Assembly: GCA_002269645.1 (NCBI GenBank)
Contig: NIVC01001910.1
Location: forward strand, 1-60,313
DNA: 60,313 nt
Direction of reading: 5' to 3'
Source: Macrostomum lignano
Lineage: Eukaryota
This document shows, in pieces, positions 13,616 through 25,500 of the stretch. Under the pieces are notes generated by a model. That model did no database searches and was not told the origin of the DNA. It saw nothing but the letters and a program-made list of their open reading frames with translations. The stretch's first letter is position 1. Every line of letters begins with the position of its first letter. The position numbers and the translations under genes are program-made.

Positions 13616-14151
13616 TGACCTCCTAAGTAAAGATAGCTACCCCTGACATGATCTGCTTCACCGACCTTTCAGCGACACTGATGTCGAACCACCCGACGTT
13701 CCGGAAGCAAAAATTAATTCTTTAAATATTGCTCTATTGTCACATTGCTAATGCTTTCAGTTCTTTTCTATGCTCACTATGTATTTTTTCGAGTAAAGAT
13801 GTATGTTATGTTTTTATTAGATGTATGTTATTAGTCTTAGATATCAGTTTGACTAGTTTTAAATTAATCAAATATACTTGAAGAGGTTGAAAAAGTAAAA
13901 ACTATTAACATAGCTATCAATAAAGAAAAGAAAATGATACTATCTGTTAACTGTCATTATGATAATGATTTTCTGTCACTGTTTAATTGATGAACTAAGA
14001 TATTAGTTTAGAATGATTACGAGTCAAGTTTATTCGCGTAAAAATCCAGTAGACCTTTGGCCAAGTCTTGAGCTGTCGCGTTTCGTTGAGCTGTCTAAAA
14101 CAAACATTTAACACCAGCGTTATAAAGTAGCTCTGATTATCTGATTAGAGA

Positions 14152-14447
14152 GGTTGCAGCCTAGTGATTAGAGCATCGGACTCGCGACTGAAAGGTCGAG
14201 GGTTCGATTCTCGACCCACTCGGAACAATTTGTGTTCTTGAGCAAGACACACTTAACTCTGCATTGCTTCAGTTCTCCCCGCTGTGAAATGGGTGCCAGC
14301 ATTAGCTTTAAGCGACACCCATTCCGCCCACTCCCGTGAGCAGGCACACAAGCGCGCGGATACGTACGCAGTCATACGCACAGGCACACACTCACACAGG
14401 AGTGTACAGCGGCCCTGACTTTATTTACCAATTAGGCATGTACACTT
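14152..14447 (+). mobile_element. tRNA-derived SINE, followed by the dispersed gcaggcac...gtgtacagc repeat
   Basis: A-box-like tagtgattagag; B-box ggttcgattc (14201-14210); tRNA-unrelated body gtgttcttgagcaagacacac...ctgtgaaatgggtgccagc. Confidence 0.75.
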
Positions 14448-14590
14448 AGGCATGCCCTCAAGGCCGTTAATTGCACGAGCAGAGCCAAGCCGAGATTCCT
14501 GCAATTTCGCCCCAAACTACTGTGACTGCACTTGGAATCGAGCTGGTACAGCAGAGGGCAACAGCAGTAACTTGATATTAAAAATCGCAG

Positions 14591-17500
14591 TCATCGCAGT
14601 GACGAACGCAGACTTACCAGACGCTTCATCGCTTTGGCCTTTTCCTCTCGCAGAGCTGCGCTGTTCAGCACCATCTGCTGGTTTTCTTCAACAATTCGAT
14701 TGACAATATTCGCTGCCGGGCAGTAGAGCAGCGCCATCAGCACCTGCTGGGCATCGGGAGATTCTGACGGCTTCAGCAGCTCAGTGAACCAGCTGACATC
14801 CCCGCCAGCACCGGAGATCAGCTCAAACTGGAGACATTTCAACAAACAGTCAAAGTTCATAAAGAACACTCCAGAACTTCTGTCCAACTCTAAAGGAAAA
14901 TTTGCTTGCAGAGATGGCGGCAGAAATTCTAGTCGAATTTGTTGATGCTGGGAAAACTTGAAGCAAAACTTCCAGGCGCAGTCGCTGGTGACCAGGTATT
15001 GCTCCACGAGGCGGTTGGCTCTAGCTTGGTTCGATGCCAGATCGTCCGACCTCCATTGGGGATATTTAATGCCACTGTGAGATCGGAATTTGTGACTTCT
15101 GATGGCTTGGACTGCCGCGGCTCTGTCACCTTCTCTGAGATGCGTCAGCACTCGAAGCGATGCGGCTGTGGTTCTGGCGCACGCCGGCAAGTCATTAATC
15201 AATTTCAAATGCTGCGCCAAGCTGCAGCTGTTTCCAGGCGTTGCCAGGTTGACCAGCAACTGCCTGACTAAATCGTACAATTGATGGTACTCCTGAACCA
15301 AGTTGGTGCTGTCTGGACTTTGAGCATCGAACTCTTGGCACAGTTGCAGGTCCGGCATGACTAGAAAAGTTTGATAGTAAAACACCTGACAGGCAGGTCT
15401 CAGAGGTTCTGAGCAATATTGCTCCAGTTGATTTGTCAGATCCTGCCGCACCGCCTCGATGGCATCGAAGATCTGCTGCCGATCGGAGTGGTTTGGTTCG
15501 AGTCTGACGTGAACCGTCGGACAGAAAATATCAGGGATCAGCGCGGCAGTGCCATCCGAACTAGCTAGGAGACGGTTCTGCAAAGTGCGCAGTGACTGGC
15601 GAGTCAGCTTGAGCACATTCTCCGGGCGCCATTCTCCACTTGGAGTCGAATGAAGCATTTGAAATAGAAGCAACTTTGCCAGATTGTCCGGTAAACCATC
15701 AACTAAACGAGTCAGTAGTCGACCGATGATGTACTTTAATAGAACAAAAACCTGACCCTGAACAGTGCTCAGACAGCGTAATAGTCTTTGCTTAAGGAAT
15801 TGCGTACAAAACTGAAATAGACTGGATGGTGTAGCATCTCGACAGCGTTCGGCGTAGCACCTTGAACTACTCAACTCTTCCTTTAGCTGACTGATTACGT
15901 CATCAGTGAGTTTGGTCTCTGAATTCTGCAGCAGGCTTACCGGAGGATGACGGCAGCACTCCAGCACAGGTGAGTGGCTGATTGCTGGAATCTTGGCTTG
16001 GACAGATCCGACAGACTTGGATGGCGACAGTTCATCTGCAGTTAGAGGGGAAATGTTAGCGGCTTGATTCCCAGTTTAAATAAGGCCTTCACTGCCCCTG
16101 CTCTTCCCAAAAACTGCTATAGTGCTGCCGCTGCTATCGTTGTCGTGCTAAAGCCCCTTGGTGCTAAAGCCCCTTGGTGCTAAAGCCCCTTGGTGGTAAA
16201 GCCCCTTGGTGCTAAAGCCCCTTGGTGCTAAAGCCCCTTGGTGCTAAAGCCCCTTGGTGCTAAAGCCCCTTGGTGCTAAAGCCCCTTGGTGCTAAAGCCC
16301 CTTGGTGCTAAAGCCCCTTGGTGCTAAAGCCCCTTGGTGCTAAAGCCCCTTGGTGCTAAAGCCCCTTGGTGCTAAAGCCCCTTGGTGCTAAAGCCCCTTG
16401 GTGCTAAAGCCCCTTGGTGCTAAAGCCCCTTGGTGCTAAAGCCCCTTGGTGCTAAAGCCCCTTGGTGCTAAAGCCCCTTGGTGCTAAAGCCCCTTGGTGC
16501 TAAAGCCCCTTGGTGCTAAAGCCCCTTGGTGCTAAAGCCCCTTGGTGCTAAAGCCCCACGATGGCACTCCCAAAGGTAAGCCCCCAAAGCAAAAGTCCTG
16601 GCTACATACCCAAGCAGTCTCCTCTGTAGCTCAAGCGGCCGTCTTCGCGCAGCTCCAGCTGCTCTCCGTTGCTCCTGGAAGCAGAGCTCTGCCGCTGCCG
16701 CACCGACAGACGCCGCGAACGTGCAGCACCCGACCGGGCACCGGCAGAACCAGCTTCACTTCGACATCGTCAGCTTCAAATTCGCCGTTAGCGCAGGCAA
16801 GTTGGGCACCCCAGCAGTCGGCAAAAGTTCCCGAAAAGCGCATTCGAAGTTCCTCGAAGTTGTTTTCATCGTCGCCACGATGGCACAGCCTGGTCAAACG
16901 AGCTCGACAGATGGCCTCGGTGGCGTCAACCGTGGCGGCATGCAGACAGGCAGTCAGCTGGTGAAATCCGGCTGCCAGCAGGTTGCGATGGAGGCTGACG
17001 CTGAGATCGGAGTCTGAGAGCAGCGGCCTGGGTATGGAGAGAAGGTCACACTTATGTCTAACAGTCTAACAGGTGACACAATCCTGTCTAATAGTCCAAC
17101 AGGTGTCACACTCCTGTCTAACAGTCTAACAGGTGTCACACTGCTGTCTAACAGTCTAACAGGTGTCACACTGCTGTCTAATAGTCTAACAGGTGTCACA
17201 CTGCTGTCTAATAGTCTAACAGGTGTCACACTGCTGTCTAACAGTCTAACAGGTGTCACACTGCTGTCTAATAGTCTAACAGGTGTCACACTGCTGTCTA
17301 ACAGTCTAACAGGTGTCACACTGCTGTCTAACAGTCTAACAGGTGTCACACTGCTGTCTAATAGTCTAACAGGTGTCACACTGCTGTCTAATAGTCTAAC
17401 AGGTGTCACACTGCTGTCTAACAGTCTAACAGGTGTCACACTGCTGTCTAATAGTCTAACAGGTGTCACACTGCTGTCTAATAGTCTAACAGGTGTCACA

Positions 17501-20500
17501 CTGCTGTCTAACAGTCTAACAGGTGTCACACTGCTGTCTAACAGTCCAACAGGTGTCACACTGCTGTCTAACAGTCTAACAGGTGTCACACTGCTGTCTA
17601 ACAGTCTAACAGGTGTCACACTGCTGTCTAATAGTCTAACAGGTGTCACACTGCTGTCTAACAGTCTAACAGGTGTCACACTGCTGTCTAATAGTCTAAC
17701 AGGTGTCACACTGCTGTCTAACAGTCTAACAGGTGTCACACTGCTGTCTAATAGTCTAACAGGTGTCACACTGCTGTCTAACAGTCTAACAGGTGTCACA
17801 CTGCTGTCTAATAGTCTAACAGGTGTCACACTGCTGTCTAACAGTCTAACAGGTGTCACACTGCTGTCTAATAGTCTAACAGGTGTCACACTGCTGTCTA
17901 ATAGTCTAACAGGTGTCACACTGCTGTCTAACAGTCCAACAGGTGTCACACTGCTGTCTAACAGTCCAACAGGTGTCACACTGCTGTCTAATAGTCTAAC
18001 AGGTGTCACACTGCTGTCTAACAGTCTAACAGGTGTCACACTCATGTCTAACAGTCTAGCAGATGACTCCAGAACCTTATGCACCAGACGATCACCTTTC
18101 CGGATCCGTAGCAGCTAATGCATCAATTTCGCCTGTTACTTCTCGAAGCTCGCTAGCCAGGGTCACGTGACCTCGCCGCTGTGCCGCCTGCCAAGCGGCG
18201 TCGCCACGAAAATCTCGCGCCGTCGGGTCGGCGCCCCCGGTGCCACCAACAAGCAGGCGGGCGATTCGAACGTCGCCAACTCGAGCTGCCAAATGCAGCA
18301 CCGTCTCGCCGGTGTCTCCGCGTCGAAGATTGGCGTCGGCGCCGGCGTGCAGTAGCTGTCGAACGGCGCCCAGCTGGCGCCGAAGCGCCGCAGTGTGTAG
18401 CGGAGTGGCGCCGCTAGCAGCGGTGCGGCAATCGATGGGGGCGCCAATGACGGAGGCGGCCAGGCACCTGCGGAGTCGATTTGGAAAATCCTTACTCTCG
18501 ATTTTCACCTACTCTACCGAGTCTTACTCTACCGAGTCTACTCTACCGAGTCTACTCTACCGAGTCTACTCTACCGAGTCTACTCTACCGAGTCTACTCT
18601 ACCGAGTCTACTCTACCGAGTCTACTCTACCGAGTCTACTCTACCGAGTCTACTCTACCGAGTCTACTCTACCGAGTCTACTCTACCGAGTCTACTCTAC
18701 CGAGTCTACTCTACCGAGTCTACTCTACCGAGTCTACTCTACCGAGTCTACTCTACCGAGTCTACTCTACCGAGTCTACTCTACCGAGTCTTACTCTACC
18801 GAGTCTACTCTACCGAGTCTACTCTACCGAGTCTACTCTACCGAGTCTACTCTACCGAGTCTACTCTACCGAGTCTACTCTACCGAGTCTTACTCTACCG
18901 AGTCTTACTCACCGAGTCTACTCTACCGAATCTATTAAAAAACTCTACCAAATCAATTCCTCCCACCTGACAACTCTCGAATAGCCCCTCTGAGCAGCCA
19001 CAAACATCGGCGAGAATCCACCGGGCGCCGTCAGACCCGGGTCGGCCAGCCCAACCGACACCAGCAGCTCAACTGAGGCCGTCTGGCCGCCCTGAGCCGC
19101 CAAGTACACCGGAGTGGCGCCCCCGCGCGTCTGTCGATCAACGTCAGCCTGCATAGCAACCAGCAGGGCAAGCACCTCAGGGCGACCTCGCCGTGCGGCC
19201 AGGTGCATCGGCAGGGCAACTTCCGGACTCGCCTGCGCCGCCAGCAGCGCCGACACCGTCCCGACGTGCCCCGCCTCGGCCGCCAGCGACATCGGCGTCG
19301 AGCCGCAATCCGCCATCGCATCGACGTCGGCTCCGGCCACCGCCAGCCGCGTCACCATGGCAACTCGACCGGCCCTGGCGGCCAGGTGCATCGGTGAATA
19401 ACCACCGGCTGCCGTCCTCGAGTCCAGACCAGCCTGAGCGCGGATCAGCTCCGCGAGACAGTTGGCACGGTTCGCGGCCACCGCCAGATGAGCCGCCGAC
19501 GCGCCGTCGTGACGCCGAGCGTCGGGATCGGCGCCGCAGTGGAGCAGCAGCCGAATCTGCTCTGGTTGAGAGCTGGCTACTGAAAGTAGTAGCGCCGTCT
19601 CGCCAGAGCGTCCCGACACAGCGTTCGGATCGGCGCCAGCTCTGAGCAGCTGTCCGACTGTCGAGAGGCAACCCCGGCGTGCAGCTCGACATAGCGCCGT
19701 TGTGTCACCGTCGTCTGCGGCATCATCGAGAGTGTCGACATTCATGTCGGTAAATGCTTCTTCGTCGGCAAGTGCTAATGCAGAATCGACATTGAGCGGC
19801 GCTTGAGCTTGGTACAGCCTCGAGAGGACATTCGGGTCGAGCGGGGAGTGGCTGTAATATTCAGTGGCGATGTTGTTCACATCCGCTTGGGCTCTGATTA
19901 GCTCGTCCATTGCCGCGTAGCGCTGGAATCGGGCCGACAGGCTGAGTGGCAGCAGTGCTGAGCTGCCGCACAGGTTGGGATTTGCCTGGGAGGCAGTTGA
20001 ATTGGTTGGCTAAATTAGTAACCTACTCTAAGTAGGTTAGTTCAGTGAGATGCCACCCAGAAATCTAACCAATTCATTCTACCCAATCTACCCAAACTAA
20101 CTCTACCCAACCTATCTAATCTACCCAACCTAATTCTACCCAACCTACCAATCTACCCAATCTACCCAACCTAACTCTACCTAACCTATCTAATCTACCC
20201 AACCTAATTCTACCCAACCTACCAATCTACCCAATCTACCCAACCTAACTCTACCAAATCTACCCAATGCATTACTGATGCTCCATGGCCACATACAGGC
20301 CCCATTAAACCACTTCAGGAAGCAATCTTTGGCCACCTGTGCATCCAGCAGGAGTCGGACCAGATCTAGACGTCCCGACATCGAGGCAATCGCCAGAGGT
20401 GACATCAGAGCGCCGTACTCGCAGCCGCCTTGGTCCGGATCGGCGCCGGCCTGCAGCAGCAGCAGCCTCGCAGTGCCAACGTGTCCACCGCGGCAGGCAG

Positions 20501-21089
20501 CAGCCAGTGGTGATTCAACAGCAGCATCAGCGGCAGCAGCCGTATCAACTACTTGCAGTAGTTGCCTGATAACAGAATCCCGGCCGAGTGCAGCCGCAGC
20601 GGCCATCGGTGTGGCATCAGCGTGGTTTTCCTCGCCGTAGTTGGCATCGGCCCCGATGTCCAGCAGGGCAGCCAGCAGACGTTCGGAATCGTCGGGATGT
20701 TCAGCAGTGCAGGCGATGCGCCACCACGGCCTGGGGTCGGCACCGCCTTGGATCAGCAAGCAGCCAATCGAGGCAGTTGCTACCGTCAGAATGTTCTCCG
20801 GATTGGCTGCACTTTTCAACAGCAACAGCTCCACCGTTGATTGATGACCGAACCGAGCCGCGGCGCCGAGGGGCGACTCGCCGAACAGATCCGCGGTGTC
20901 CACTTGAGCCATCCGGCTGATCAGCAGCCACGCCAGGGAATCCCGACCTTCCGCCGCCGCGTGCCACAACGCCGACCGGCCCAGGCTGTCTGCGGCATCG
21001 ACTGCAACCGACTGGCTGTCGAGCAGCCTTCGCACGTCGGCCACGTCGCCAAGTCTGGATACCGCGATGAGTTCGGCGGCTTCAGCCAT
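14591..21089 (-). CDS. Ankyrin-repeat / Mab-21 (cGAS-like receptor, cGLR) fusion, ~1325-1335 aa. Exons 21089-20337, 19985-18967, 18467-18096, 17027-16610, 16035-14591. One frame break in exon 4 (~16675-16705).
   Basis: GT-AG junctions with matching phases (0,2,2,1) that complete ankyrin repeats (LLLDAQ|ANPN; SRVVR|CLAA). NTase-like FSGTFAD...EADDVEV. Mab-21 C-lobe signature LSTVQGQVFVLLKYII...LAKLLLFQMLHSTPSGEWRPENV...LIPDIFCP. Confidence 0.8.
16144..16556. repeat. 16-bp minisatellite (gtgctaaagccccttg) in cGLR intron 4
   Basis: Directly visible. Confidence 0.98.
17055..18060. repeat. 30-bp minisatellite (aacaggtgtcacactgctgtctaacagtct) filling cGLR intron 3
   Basis: Directly visible; very homogeneous. 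Confidence 0.98.
18505..18930. repeat. 14-bp minisatellite (ctactctaccgagt) filling cGLR intron 2
   Basis: Directly visible. Confidence 0.98.
20060..20270. repeat. Degenerate ctacccaa(t/c)ct repeat in cGLR intron 1
   Basis: Directly visible. Confidence 0.85.
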
Positions 21090-21668
21090 TTGGGCCGGAA
21101 GTCCAGGCTGAGTAGTGAGTCACAGCCGATGCATTTCATTAATTGGCTAATTTTCCTTTTATTACCTTTTTGGAGTCGGCTCTGCGCCATTTTCTCTGTT
21201 ATGAATGAACGAGCTTGAGAGGGGGAGAGAGGGTTTGTTAATAAGAAGTTGAGGGTTAGAGAGTGCACTGCTCAGTGTGCTTGAGCTACCTGTGCAAACT
21301 CGAAAATATGTACGATAGTAATTCTTAAAATAACAGAGTCGAGGAGAGGAGAGAGAGGAGAGAGAGTGTGTGTGTATGCATAGCTTTCGAACGTTCGACT
21401 TCATTTGTGAGTTGGAGTTTTTTTTTTCAAACCGAAAAATCTGCCTTAAAATTTTCTCTTTCATGCAATTGTTACAATGGCTATCATTGTGCAAAAATTT
21501 GCGCAGTTCAAAAAAACGGTGGGTACATATAGAGGCTAATTCAAGCCACTGAGGGCATAGGTGTAGCATTATAAACAGCTGATTAATGCAGCTTATCTCT
21601 CTGTATTTCGTACCTTTCTCATTTGTGGTGGGCAGTCTTGATCAAAGCAGTCATTATCGCAATCAAAG

Positions 21669-22105
21669 CCATGACCATAAACTATCGCCATGATCAGAGT
21701 CATAGCCCTGACCATAAACTATCGCCATGATTATAGTCATAGCCCTGACCATAAACTATCGCCATGATTATAGTCATAGCCATGACCATAAACTATCGTC
21801 ATGATCAGAGTCATAGCCATGACCATAAACTATCGCCATGATCAGAATCATAGCCATGACTATAAACTATCACCATGATTATAGTCATAGCCATGACCAT
21901 AAACTATCGACATGATCAGAGTCATAGCCCTGACCATAAACTATCGCCATGATTATAGTCATAGCCATGACCATAAACTATCGCCATGATTATAGTCATA
22001 GACATGACCATAAACTATCGCCATGATTATAGTCATAGCCCTGACCATAAACTATCGACATGATCAGAGTCATAGCCATGACCAGTAAACTATCGCCATG
22101 ATCAT
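21669..22105. repeat. 37-bp minisatellite between the divergent cGLR and TRIM start codons
   Basis: Unit catgaccataaactatcgccatgatcagagtcatagc, period 37. Confidence 0.96.
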
Positions 22106-22567
22106 ACTTCGCAGTCGCAAAACTATGAAACAACTATGACACTTGGCGAGAGTTCGCAGCATAATTTACCGTCATGACAGCAACTCTTTTCTACCGTTAA
22201 CTGTGCTTGTATACAGGTGAAGACTGAAGAGAAGTGTTTTCAAGTACACCAGTCCTGTGCAGCCGACTCATATGAAAACAATAATATATACTTGGCTGCA
22301 ACTATTATAAATAAATGCATTATATGCTTCAGCTAGTGCTATTTTTATCCATTTCGCAATGCTTCATGGCCGGAGTGTACAGTCAGTGTCTGCTGCTCTG
22401 TAACAAGGAACTATTCAATGTACAATTAGGTGTACATCGGTTAACAGTTTTATGACCCCTTATTTAAACGTTTAGAAGCCTCTCTCGTAGGGTTAAAGAA
22501 TACAAGATTTCCTAGAAATCTCACTGAGCAGCATTTTGAATATTGCCAGAGACATTGTCAAAAACAC

Positions 22568-25500
22568 ATGGCAACATCTGCTGCAGAGCCTGGAGCTTCT
22601 AGAAGCGAACAAGAGCTCATTGCCGATTGCACCTGCCCGGTGTGTCAGGAGCTGTTCCAGCATCCCCAGAGGCTGACAGCCTGCAGGCACACATTCTGCA
22701 AGAAGTGCGCCAAAAAGATGGCCGCAAAGACTTCGAATCCGATGGAGGAAGCTGCCGAAATGTCATTTGGCTTGTTCGGGATGTTTCACCACCGGGAGCG
22801 TCAAACTTCGGCGAAGGAGAAGCCGGGCAGCGTCTGCTGTCCCATCTGCAGGGAGACTAGCGAGAAGTTCGAGCCGGATGAGACCATCGAGTACTTGGTT
22901 AAGGTGAGCTAGGTAGGGTGAGTGGACTGATTAGGCTTAGAGTAGGTTTGGGGTAGGTTTAGAAAAGATTTGGAGTAGCTTAAGTAGATTTGAAGCAGGT
23001 TGAGTAAGACTTGGAGTAGATTGAGTACGTTTAAAGTAGATTTAAAGTAAATTGAGTAAATTTTGAGTAGGTTTAGAGTAGATTTGAAGTAGGTTGATTA
23101 GATTTGGAGTAGGTTGATTAGATTTCAGGTAGGTGGAGTAGATTTTGAGTAAAATTGAGTAGATTTGGAGTAGGTTGAGTAGATTTAAGGTAGGTTTAGA
23201 GTAGATTTAGAGTAGGTTGAATAGACTTGGAGTAGGTTGAGTAGATTTGAAGTTGACTGAGTAGATTTCAGGTAGGTTTAGTAGATTTGGAGTGGGTTGA
23301 GTAGATTTGGAGTTGGCTACGTTGAGTAGACTGTCTCCCCCAAAAACTGCCGCAGGTGCTCCAGGAGATGCGACATCAGAGCCGTTGCTCTGGCGCCGAG
23401 TCCTGCCTGACCGAAGCCACGCTGCAGTGCCCCTGCTGCGACAAGCGCTTCTGTCAGTCGCACCATGCAGCCCAGCTTACCGCCCTCAAAGACTCCGGAA
23501 CCGCTCTGCTCAAAGACCTGGACTCTTTGCTCTTTGAACCGGACCAAAATGGCGACGAGAAGCTGAAGCAGCTGCAATCAGCGATGTCGGAGTCTGTAGA
23601 AATTGAGTCGTTGCTAGCCGAACAGCTTCATCGGAAATTTGCCGATTTTCGCGAACAGATCGGGCTGTGCCAATCCCAGCTGCAGTCTCCCCTTGTCCCA
23701 GATGAGGCCGAGCGGTCGGTGCTGCTCCTGGACAGAGCGGTGCTGAGACAGCTCACCTCCAACGGGGCCAGCGCCAGGCTTGCCCGTCTGCTACCGGAAG
23801 CAAAATCCCGAGCAAAACGCGCTCAGGAGCGTTGGCCTGAGAGGCGGTTGGCTTTGCAGTTTGACGCGGTGAAAATGCAATACGATTTCGAAGGCTTGCT
23901 GGCTCAGCACGCCAGCTCGGCGGTTTTCCAGTCGCCTTACGAGGGCCTGCCGCCCATGCTGACACGAGTGCGGCAGCAGAATCTCTCGCAGAAGCCCTGG
24001 GATATCGGCATCCTGTCCAATCTGGAGGGCATTGTCTGCTGCGATGGGGCCATCAAGCTGCGATCCAGTGTTGGCGATTCGGCCGGATCGGCTAAAGAGT
24101 TGACTGGGCCCCTGCTGGTGATCAATGCTCAGTGCTTTCCCACCAAAATGCTGCACGTTACCGACCTGGAGGTGAGATGGTGATTGCTGGACTGGGTCAT
24201 TGTGAGCTGGACTGGGTCATTGTGATCTGGACTGGGTCATTGTGATCTGGACTGGGTCATTGTAATCTGGACTGGGTCATTGTGAGCTGGACTGGGTTAT
24301 TGTGAGCTGGACTGGGTCATTGTGAGTTGGACTGGGTCATTGTGGGCTGGACTGGGTCATTGTGAGATTGACTGGATTATTGTGAGATTGACTGGGTTAT
24401 TGGGAGCTGGACTGGGTCATTGTGAGCTGGACTCGGTCATTGGGAGCTGGACTGGGTCATTGCTAGCTGGACTGGGTGATTGTGAGCTGGACTGGGTCAT
24501 TGTGATCTGGACTGGGTCATTGTGATCTGGACAGGGTCATTGTGATCTGAACTGGGTCATTGTGAGCTGGACTGGGTTATTGTGAGCTGGACTGGGTCAT
24601 TGTGAGTTGGACTGGGTCATTGTGGGCTGGACAGGGTCATTGTGAGCTGGACTGGGTCATTTTGAGCTGGACTGGGTCATTGTGAGCTGGACTGGGTCAT
24701 TGTGAGCTGGACTGGGTCATTTTGAGCTGGACTGGGTCATTGTGAGCTGGACTGGGTCATTGTGAGCTGGACTGGGTCATTGTGAGCTGGACTGGGTCAT
24801 TTTGAGCTGGACTGGGTCATTGTGAGCTGGACTGGGTCATTGTGAGCTGGACTGGGTCATTTTGAGCTGGACTGGGTCATTGTGAGCTGGACTGGGTCAT
24901 TGTGAGCTGGACTGGGTCATTGTGAGCTGGACTGGGTCATTTTGAGCTGCACTTGGTCATTATGAGCTGCACTTGGTCATTATGAGCTGCACTTGGTCAT
25001 TGTAAGCTGGACTGGGTCATTGCGAGCTGGACTGGGTGATTGTGAGCTGCACTTGGTCATTGTGAGCTGGACTTGGTCATTGTGAGCTGGACTGGGTCAT
25101 TGTGAGCTGGACTGGGTCATTGTGAGCTGGACTGGGTCATTGCTAGCTGGACTGGGTGATTGTGAGCTGGACTGGGTCATTGTGAGCTGGACTTGGTCAT
25201 TTTGAGCTGGACTGGGTCATTGTGAGCTGGACTGGGTCATTGTGAGCTGGACTGGGTCATTGTGAGCTGGACTGGGTCATTGTGAGCTGGACTGGGTCAT
25301 TGTGAGCTGGACTGGGTCATTGTGAGCTGGACTTGGTCATTATGAGCTGCACTTGGTCATTATGAGCTGCACTTGGTCATTATGAGCTGCACTTGGTCAT
25401 TGTAAGCTGGACTGGGTCATTGCGAGCTGGACTGGGTGATTGTGAGCTGCACTTGGTCATTGTGAGCTGGACTTGGTCATTGTGAGCTGGACTGGGTCAT

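Noticed and set aside
14152-14225. tRNA gene (also 4073-4145)
   Set aside because: No convincing cloverleaf or poly-T terminator; continues into a shared SINE body.
16954-18118. LRR-like 10-aa repeat ORFs (SNSLTGVTLL)
   Set aside because: Lies wholly within cGLR intron 3, bounded by good splice sites; nucleotide-level satellite.
18163-21268. Many overlapping antisense and alternative-frame ORFs on the ankyrin exons
   Set aside because: Shadows of GC-rich coding sequence.
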